A stretch of DNA of 62,647 nucleotides, the filler included, from Platydemus manokwari (lineage: Eukaryota): NCBI GenBank assembly GCA_037951405.1. It is 5 parts of 5 records of this genome, joined end to end, with 100 filler letters (N's around TTAATTAATTAA, not from the genome) between each part and the next. Parts side by side here need not be neighbours in the genome. Positions count along the whole stretch, not along the records: positions 47,328 to 62,647 come from JBBMOY011302539.1; 4 more parts are not named here. The stretch is one strand, 5' to 3'. Shown here one piece after another: positions 52,761-62,647 of this stretch. The notes under the pieces were generated by a model. The model searched no databases. It was not told where the DNA came from and saw only the letters and a list, made by a program, of their open reading frames with translations. Position 1 is the stretch's first letter. The number at the start of each line of letters is the position of its first letter. Made by a program: the position numbers and the translations under genes.

Positions 52761-55700
52761 GGATATTATCCAAAAATAAATGGAAGTAGATCTTAGAGCA
52801 CAGCCAGAAGAAATGAATTTGAAGATGCGTGATATGTAGGAACAATATAAAAGCTAGAATTAAGGATAAAGTCTGCAAAATATGATAAATGATAAAGAGA
52901 TTGAATAAATCGAAGAAATAAATAAACATTTCATCAAAATCTCAACAAAAATTATCTGCTAATAAATTGGAATTACTAATCAAGTATATTTTACAATCGA
53001 TATCCTTTATGACAATAACTGGAAATTATTGATGTTGTGATATCGAGTTGAAATTTTAGAAATGCATATTACCACTGTTAATACGAAATTACTTAATGAA
53101 AATATGATTATTTTAATAGAACAATGACCAGTCTGTGTCAAGTGTTAACACGAATAACTCAATGCTCAAATACATTGTTCGAAATGTACTGATCTTTGTT
53201 TTGCATAATTTGACAATCCAAAACTTGATTTATGCTAAAAGTAAAACTAAAATATAAATTCATCTGAAGAAATTCATAAATACACAGTTGGTTATTTAGA
53301 GTTTTGATTTGTACAGGTCGGTACACAAACTCCATGATACGAAGAGATTAAATATTCACAGCAAGTACATGAGTAATCCAATAAAATATCTCAAATCATC
53401 AACTGTAATCAGCGAATTAGGAGCCGTAAACAAATGCAAATTGATTTGCAAAACTATGTATGAACGTGTGCTTAACAATAACAAGTCAGCAGAAAACCTT
53501 GATATACGATACGTAGGTAGTATATTGAATATTTCGGTAAAATCAATAAAATACAGTGATCAGTTTATACAATAATAGTACGTAAAATAGCGCTCAAAAC
53601 TAGACTTAACAACAATATTATTGAGAGGGATTTTATAGAGGGATCATTATAGAACTTCAGTAATAAAAACCATTCATTTTATTTAACTATTTTTTGAAAT
53701 ATATATCGATTAATGATTTTATTTTAAAATTAATAAATTAAATCATTAAGCATTTGAAATTTCTAAAAATTCAAATTATGTAGAAATACATAACATCTGT
53801 CATTGTGATACAATTGAATATTTCTACCATTGAATATATCTATTTATTTTAAATTTGTAAATGCAGCTGCATGATTAAGAGAATAGTACGGGGAATAAAT
53901 CTGACGAATGATAGTTAGTTAAAAAATGCTTCACAATATGAAGAATGCAATTGATGCTTTATTACCATTAGTGGATTTTCAATAATTTTTAAACCCTATT
54001 GTGACAAACCAGTGACATTCATGATTAATTTTAAAATATTCCAACTAAATCTAGTTTCAAAACATTTAGATTTTATCTTTGGTATATTGTTGAGGTGATC
54101 TAAGAAACGATAACTCGAGAGAATCAGACGAACTGACAATGGGCAGACTAGGAATATAATCAGACAGTGAAACTGAAGATGAAAAAATTCCCATGACTGT
54201 GTTTGCTCATATAAACAGTGGGAGAGGAGAAGTGCCGAAACAAAATCGACAAGATATGCCACAACATCAAGTAAATAGTAGAATAACAAACATCGGCCAC
54301 AAAGTATCCAGAGTGGACTGTCATATGAAGTCTACAAAAATGATAGGAGGGCATTAGTATAAATTTGGTATTAACTTTGTATCCGTTCAGTTTTGAAGTG
54401 ATTTGTACAGTTGAGCATTGAAAATTGGTTTTGGAATTGTTGATATTTAATAAAATGATAATTGATAAAAAAAATATTTAATACATTCAATATGTTAAAT
54501 AAAAATAACACTCCAAAAGGGACGTTCTTGCCCCTTTGGAAATGCAATGAAACAAACTCTATAAATCAAAATCCTTAAGATCGAACCAAGTTTTTGCAGT
54601 CCCAGCAAGATCACTCTAGTAATTGTGTTATCAATTTCTGTGTGAACTAAATTGTACTCTATCTTTGAGTGTAATAAATTTCCTAATCAATGATGTTTGA
54701 AAAAATTATGGGTTTGTGACATCATCAAACAGTAATTGGGATTATTTTACATCAGCTAATATACACCATTACCAAGAACTCACGCTGTTGAGTTTCATAA
54801 CAGCAATCAAATATCGTAAACCCAACATTATTATTTTTCAGAAGGTTCAGATAATTAAGCACATATTAAAATATTTTTTTCGAGATAAAACTTTATAAAA
54901 TTTAATTTAATTCTAATTTAAGACATTGTTTTACCAAACCATTATTAAATACAACATAGACAAATTTATTTGGAAAAGTTAGCGGCCTTCTTCAATCATT
55001 TATTTTATATTAAAAAAAGAAAGTGAAATCTGAATAACATTAACTTGTTTTGCTTTTCCTACGATCATCTTCTGAAACAATAAGTGTGACCAAAAAGATA
55101 AATTAGCTTGATAGTTTGTTAAAAGATGATTAATTAGGTTTAGGAAGTAGAAAGAACATGATAATCATGTTCGGGATTATGCAATTTGGTTTCAACTCAA
55201 GCCCGAATAAAAGATTTAAATCAAATCATAAATATTAACGATTCAAAAATTTAAATAAAAAGTAACCGAAATAAATAATAACGAATTTATTAGTTTATTC
55301 ACAATTCTGTTGCGAATTTCTACAGGGTTGTGCTTACAATTTATATTTGAATTATATAAAGAGATATGTTAATCGAAATGACAAATATAGTCATGAAGTA
55401 AAGGTGCAATAGAGCACTACAAGGAGGATCTGAAATTGATTTTACTTCGAATTTTAATATTAAATTACTTCTTAAATTCATCAATTAGTTTTACTGCTAT
55501 AAGAAAATTTCACAACGATAGAAATTGTTCACTTTTACAACTTAGACAAACGAAAGATTTCCCCCGTGTTGTCAACCTTTTACTGTATGTGTTTATATGA
55601 TCGATGTGATGTGGTATATGATTATTATTTATTTTGTTGCTAATGAATTGTAGATCTCAATTTTAATGGGTTTCTGCTTTCATCAGTTTTTCTTGTTGTC

Positions 55701-58700
55701 TTTTGATGTAATTAACTTTCCCTCTGAATCAATCCTTTCTTCACGATCAAATCCTCTTTCGTCAATATCATAATGTTAAGTAACAATAAAATTCCACAAA
55801 AGTAAAAGCAAAATATCATTACTGCTACAATAAAGTTTGGTCCAACAAAGTCCTGATGATTAAAGTTTAATAAGAAAGTTCTTCAACACCTGAAAGACAT
55901 GCAAAAATTACCGCCCAAGAAAATTAGAAATTTCACGAACAGTCACTTTGATGGTGTTATAATTTCGATTTTCATTTGTTGCTAATATCAGGTGATTTTC
56001 TTATTTTCAATTCCCATTTGCATATTGAGATGTTTTTACCTTTTTATATCTGTACATCGATCAACAATGGAGATCCAATCAATAACCATTAATTCTGAGA
56101 TTTTTGATTGGCTGCTAGTACAATCGTGTCACAACCTTACATGTGTATCATTTCGAAGAGGTTATATCAAGGCTTTGATAGAGAATTTTTTGATGATTTT
56201 GCCGCATTCTCTACAATTGTATTTTACATCACTATTTTTATTTTTTTTTAATTATTCTTATATTCTATAGTTTCTGCTTAAATACAATCTTTAAAAATTT
56301 TATATATAATAAATAATTTAATTTGTTGTTATCTCTTTATAATAATTATTATTTGTATTTTTTCTTGCTCCTATATGTTACTGCACCTTATATTAAACTC
56401 CTTTGTATTTGCCATGTTATTTTATTTTTATTATTAACATAATTTTTGAATTATCCACAGTATAGAGACTTGTAAACACCTGATTACCTTTGTCAATGTT
56501 TGCTAATATTTTTTCGAATTTGTTTTCTGTAAAGACCATTTAAAGAAATATCAATTGGCCATCATAATAGGCCAATAAAAATCCTTACATTTCATGTTAA
56601 ATTAAAATTTGAGAAAAGCTATAAGAAAACACCATAAAGTTCAACTTAAAAAGTCTGATAGCATTTGCGAGTGTGTTGAGGTTTAAAAATTTATGAATAA
56701 AATGACATTGATCAAATTATGTGGGTTAATAAATTTATATTTTTGGTTAAATGGTGGAATGAGTCGGTGATTTTGGTTTATTGTAGTTAGTTTCTGGAGA
56801 GCTCTCTTAATGAATTAAGGCGATTATTGGGAATTAATCGAATTTATTGAAGATTCATCGATAGGTATTGGTTAGGGAATGGTCAGTATTTTTAGATATA
56901 AGTACACAATCAATATAACCTAGCAAGTTATTTTTGTAGCTAGTTATTTTTAAGTATACAACTGGTTTGGGGAATTCGACTGTCGGAATGAATTCCAAAT
57001 TAATGAGCCATTAATTAAATAAAAAATAACGATAATAAAAATAATAAGGCTAAGGTGAATTAAATGAGAACCTAAGTATACAGGATATAAGGAATAAATA
57101 TAATTTTGGAAAAAATAACGAACAGCTGGTTTGGAGGAAATAATTGTATATCATTGTGTGATAGCGATGTTAAATTATATTAGCAGAATTGAGCTTTTCT
57201 TTCAAGCCAATATATGATTTATTATTTTAGCTTTGTATAATTAACTGCATTTTCTTATTTTTGTATTATTTTTATCACGTATTTCATGTGTTTCATATTG
57301 ACTTATTACAGATTGCACACCCACTTTCACATCACTATTAGCTTAGGATGTGGTGGTCCACAAACTCAATGATTATTAGATATTTGAAGTGTGTGTTTAA
57401 GTGTTTTGATCTGGATTTTCAAATATATCATTTATTTGGTGACAGAGTATTTTACAGGCTCCTTCCTACATGACTGAGATCACGTTTAATATATAATATT
57501 GCGATTTAATTGTTAGATTAAAGCTTCATTATATATAACTTTACCGAGACACAAGTTCTTACTGTTGTTTTCTATTTTATCTTTTTGATGATGTAAATTC
57601 CCATAATGAATTTTGTCTTAATTTAGTATTTTTTATTCATTACACTTCTTTTCTTTTTGTTATCAGAGCAATTATAACTAGGACATTATTCTTGTTCCTT
57701 AGCTATAAGTTTTCTTTTTTATGTTACATCAAATTCTTGTCGAGATTTCTTTTTCGATATTTTTTCCAATCATATCTCTTATAATTTGATTCAAAAGGTT
57801 TTTCGTAATTACAGAATTGCATTTACATTTTTTTTCTGCAACTCATATTCATTATTTTTCACTGCATCCCGTATTTTTTGATCAAATTTCACTCAAATGC
57901 GCTAAATGGCTATTTATCAAGATGTTGCTTTTCTAGAGAATACATTAAATTCATTTTTATTGTGGTTTGTTATTAAAAGATAAATATTTGATTAGTTTTC
58001 ACTGAAGCCAGTGCTTCTCAAAGAACATGCTGCGGCGCACCATCTATTAAATCGAAAATAATTTGACTGGATGTGAAATATTTTTTATTATTGATAAATA
58101 AATATGAAATTTTCCTCTCGATAGCAGGAAGAACTGATTTAACTTTCAACTTATCGGACATTAAAAATCAAACATTAGAATTACATTTGAATACTTCTTG
58201 GATTTCAGTGATGGTTGAATATCCTAAAATAAGTCGGATTAGTAAATCCAACTCCAGTATTTTACGTCATATTTACGTTAGATAGAATATTTAACTCTCA
58301 CTAACAAGACAAATAACAATTTATCCAGATTGGAAAAACTCGAAGAAAATTGTCAGAGTTACTATCGGAAATAAGACCCGATATGGTATAAATAACAAAG
58401 CATCATCGCTAACACAGTGCACACTGGCTGTTGATTATTAAAATCAAAATTAGCTCATTAAATTTCTCTATCCAATATTCGAGTAATTTAAAGCTTTGTT
58501 AGTTTAACTAGGATCAGATATTTCGACCCTGCAATTGTTTATTGAATTATCATTTTATTTATTTTGATTGTACGAATTGTTTGCACAACACAGAACACGA
58601 AACAGATATAATATCAGTAAAAATGAAACCAGTGTTATTGTTATATTTTGTTCAATTTATTTAATTCAGAAAATTTTTCCATTGGTTCGAGGTGTATCAC

Positions 58701-60439
58701 AATTTCTTTTTCTTCTCCTGAAAGTGTGTCACTCGAGTAAAAGTCATCTAGAAACAATGACTTCAGATTTTGATTTGCTTTGTATTTATCGAAATTTTAA
58801 TGTTCTTTAATATTAAAATAAATGAAATTCATTTCATGTTAAGAATTGTCACGGATTAAAAATATTTTTGAAATTTTTATTACATTCTTCACGTCGAAAT
58901 CTTTTTAAAAGTCATATCTTACATATAACAGTATCTACTTAGTATTGAAGAATTTTTCAAATCAAAAACATTATAAATCCGAATTGTAGCATCATTTAAA
59001 GTTGATCTTAACTTCAGCGATAATTATAAATCAATTTCTGCTCAGCAACTTTACACTGATTGGTTTAATTTTTAAAATAATTTTGTAATGAATAAAAAAT
59101 CATTTTTAAGAAAATAGAAGATGAATCATATAATTTATGGATATAAAATAGAATTACAAAAATAGGAGAACAGAATTAAAAACCTCAAGATGAAAAATAT
59201 TGAATATAGTCAGAAATATGCATTGCAAGGGTTTACACGGTGAGATCTGGGGTTAACATACCTACAGATATTAACAATTTATTTAGAATTGCTGCTGTAG
59301 GCATAAAGCAATAATCCTATGACAATTTTTAATAGCTCAATGTGTATTGTAATTCGTTGAACGTATTGAACGGTACATGTTTATTGTAATAACATATGAA
59401 TTATTAGTGTTTATTAAAATACAAAAATATTGTTTATTATTTTTAAAAATAGTATTTGAGTTCAATGGTGAAAGTTGTAAACAATTCCAGAGAAAAAGAA
59501 AATTCCTAAATAATAAACCAATTATATGGGACAGCAACAAGTAATCTCAAGTTGCAAATATAAAAATCTCTGAGGATCAAATCATGACAACCGGTGACAG
59601 AAAAACAGTATAAATAGTGAAGAGCAACAATAAGGGAAGCCCATTGTATCATTTGGAAACCACTAGAACGGTTTTGCTATGAATGATTGTCAGAATTTTT
59701 GCCACTGCTATCGGAAGTGAACTGTATCGATCAAGAATTATCTTTTGTACATTTTGAGCGAATCCTTCGAATTCCAGGAGTGAAAATTGTATCCATCTCA
59801 AATGATCTATAATTCCCAGCTTCGATTATGTTAGAGAAAATGCATAATAGTAAAGGTGAAATTATATTTGCTCAAATTATATTTCTTAATTTGTATCACA
59901 TTTCTATTTAGCGGTCATGACTAAGATACCGGTTCAATATCGATGAAGGAATAAGTTGTCTCAATCTTTTTCTCTTTGGATTGAACTCAAAATATACGAG
60001 TGAGCCCTAAATTTTGTTGTTATATTCATGAATTATTATTTTACAGTTTATCAATTATTTATGTTATCATTAAATATATGTTTATCATCATAGTTTGCTT
60101 TTTGTTCGTTTTTGATTGTGCAATATTTGATGATTCTAATTTGCTCGATAAAGTTTCAATGACGTCATTCATTTACGATAATTATATCGGCACATCATTA
60201 TCATCAATACTCACCTTTTTATACTGTGAGTATCTTTTTAGATGTTCCAAATAATAGTGCAGAATACTTTTAAATTGATAATTAATAATTAATAGTGGTT
60301 CACTATTAGCGAGAAATTGCTTAAAGGAAAAACATCGAAAGTATTTTTATAACACAGTTCTCATTGTCTTTTCACGAACTGATCGATCACCAGACAGAAA
60401 AAAACATAATAATATGTTTAATACACCATTGCCTATTAA

Positions 60440-60900
60440 GAACCACCTTTGAGATTGATCAAGACGTTTATAGGAATCCAATTAATAATCGATATTCGTT
60501 CACCGAGTTTGAAATTCTTATGATAATAAAAGCCAAAAGGAAAACATGTAATATAAGGAACGGGATTTAATTTAATAAATTACGGCATTTAAAAATAAAA
60601 TTAAAAGAAAATGCACAAAAGCGAACGTTATGAAGAAGAATTGATTAAAAAATGCGATGAACAATCAGCATCGGAATCGAACCCAATTCGATTAGACTAT
60701 ACGGAATCATACAATAGGTGTATTGTTAAATACTCTCATAAAATATTATTAGACCAGAAAGGAGTTTCAACTTGAAATAAATAATCTGTAAAGAATATCA
60801 ATTAAAGATCATGTAACATATTGATAATTCTTCTTCAATTGTTTTATTATTCGTATTCTATCATTGGTAATATACTTCCAGTGGAAGGCTTCTATAATAT
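60440..60900 (+). pseudogene. Possible decayed LINE ORF2 fragment (pre-RT region)
   Basis: NNRYSFTEFEILMIIKAKRKTCNIRNGI resembles the LINE motif FT..EI...I...K..K.PG.DGI. Downstream sequence is heavily disrupted. Confidence 0.35.
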
Positions 60901-62323
60901 TATGTGAACTAATATAGGGATTTTAAACAATTGAAACTAGACTGCTATTCCTGAATTTGTATTTGATAACTATTCATTTATATTTCTTAATTACTTTTAC
61001 TCTTTATCGGATATTTAATCGAATGGTCCAGTTACTATTCTATTGATTATTTGTATCTTGATTGGACAGTTTTGTTAGAAACATCGGCTTAAATAATGTT
61101 TTTTTTTTTAAAATTTTTATTATATATGCATGCATTGAGTTAATATTAGCGTAAATTTTTGTTGTTAAGATCTGAATCCGTTTCCAAATTAAGTTCACAC
61201 TGAAAAAATCGGTTATACGCTTTATAATAATAATGTACACTGTCAAATAGATTCAAAGGACCAAGCTGTAAATATTAATTGGTCAAAACTAAAATGTGAT
61301 CCATGTGCGAATTTGATTGTATCTACTAGAATATATTCCTGGCAAAATATCTTCTATACAATAGAGAGTGAAACGTTTATTAATTTCTGCTTGTATATTT
61401 CCTTCATTAACTCACCAAAAGCGATACCAAGCATTACATAATTATCTTTAATAAATATTTTTTCAAATTTTCGGTACAAGCATTCCACATATTTGCTCCA
61501 AAATGTCTTAAAATTGTTTGTGATTCTCCCATGATTGTGTATTCATGTATTTATTTTCTGTTTATTGTCACCTTTTTTTTCTAAAATTGGAAAGTTCAAA
61601 ATTGTTCCGCCATTGTTTAATCAACAGGAAGTGTTTTTAGATTTGCGATCTTTGAATAAATAAGGTCATTTTCAACCAATCGAATACGATTGTTTAATGC
61701 GAACATATCTAATTATTAAGTAAGTGAACTTCATTGTTTCTCATCCATTTCAGTTCAGAGTACACGTCACCGCAACTTGATGAATTGATTCGAATATTTT
61801 TCATCTTTGAAGATGGTGTACGTGCAAGTAAATAATTTATAAATAATTATAAACATGCTCAATAGGAGCTTTAAAAAAATGTTGCTTGCATGACACATAT
61901 GCACCATTAAATGAATCACAATAATGTGAAGAGAGTACAACATGTGAAAAAACAATTAGAAAATTACATGAAAATATTCTTTTTTCAGCTGTAAAATGTT
62001 GAGCTCAAAGATCATCGATTGATCACTTACAGTGACGGAACGTGAGACAACATAAAGATCTATAAATCAATGGATTTTTAAAAATAAGCATGTTTGTTGA
62101 GAGATTCCTATTATCGTTGCTTTGAATGAATGGCATCACCTTTAGCATGATAAACAAATATATGAATTAGTAACGACTTCAGGCACAAAGATAATGTTAA
62201 TTAAAGTACAATTAATGAATGAAATTTACAGATGAGCGAGAGAAAATAATAGATTGATTGATTTGTGCGGGCGAACAAGTTTTGTGATCTTTATACATTT
62301 ATATTTATTTATTATCCCAACAT

Positions 62324-62540
62324 NNNNNNNNNNNNNNNNNNNNNNNNNNNNNNNNNNNNNNNNNNNNNNNNNNNNNNNNNNNNNNNNNNNNNNNNNNNNN
62401 NNNNNNNNNNNNNNNNNNNNNNNNNNNNNNNNNNNNNNNNNNNNNNNNNNNNNNNNNNNNNNNNNNNNNNNNNNNNNNNNNNNNNNNNNNNNNNNNNNNN
62501 NNNNNNNNNNNNNNNNNNNNNNNNNNNNNNNNNNNNNNNN
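62324..62540. other. Assembly gap (N run)
   Basis: 217 N. Confidence 0.99.
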
Positions 62541-62647
62541 AGCAATAATAATAAAAATAATAATAATACTAACAATAATAATAATAATAATAATAAAAAT
62601 AACGATAATAATAATAATATTAGCAATAATAATAATAATAATAACAA
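62541..62647. repeat. Imperfect (AAT)n microsatellite
   Basis: AAT units with AAC/AGC/AAA variants. This explains the poly-Leu ORF. Confidence 0.95.

Noticed and set aside
55660-55890. Two CTGATGA...GAAA hammerhead-like strings (55854 on +, ~55687 on -)
   Set aside because: Neither can form a proper stem II or stems I and III. Such matches are expected by chance in AT-rich DNA.
58015-58050. DGAPQH (Tc1/mariner catalytic-like motif) on the minus strand
   Set aside because: No other transposase motifs nearby.
60665-60710. tRNA-like A/B boxes (GGTTCGATTCC, minus strand)
   Set aside because: The boxes are only a few nt apart and no cloverleaf forms.
62312-62647. Poly-Leu ORF
   Set aside because: Antisense translation of an (AAT)n microsatellite plus a gap.
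1-62647. CRISPR arrays, operons, rRNA or other prokaryotic systems
   Set aside because: No regularly spaced repeat-spacer array or rRNA was seen. Spliceosomal introns and MED20 show the DNA is eukaryotic.

Overview
This is very AT-rich eukaryotic (metazoan) DNA from a scaffolded draft assembly, not a prokaryotic window. The short 43-46 nt introns, (AAT)n microsatellites and repeat content fit a planarian-type flatworm, but the species cannot be confirmed from sequence alone. Three host genes are supported. PPME1 (- strand, six exons, 8388-11760) is absent from the ORF track and its 3' half was not found in the window. ABHD13 (27998-29053) is intronless. MED20 (42663-43566, 211 aa) has five exons. 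Most of the rest is decayed transposable-element sequence: a Ty3/gypsy element with PBS and AGT..ACT LTR, a mariner 5' end, a hAT transposase relic, an RLE-type non-LTR element, gag/integrase fragments and dispersed LTR-like repeats. The most unusual observations are (i) a dispersed LTR-like repeat family with a conserved hairpin, one copy of which resembles a type III hammerhead ribozyme core, (ii) an FN3+kringle pseudogene antisense in the apparent PPME1 intron and cut by a mariner insertion, and (iii) an isolated pre-miRNA-sized hairpin downstream of MED20. Four 100-bp N/TTAATTAATTAA/N linkers are assembly artefacts.
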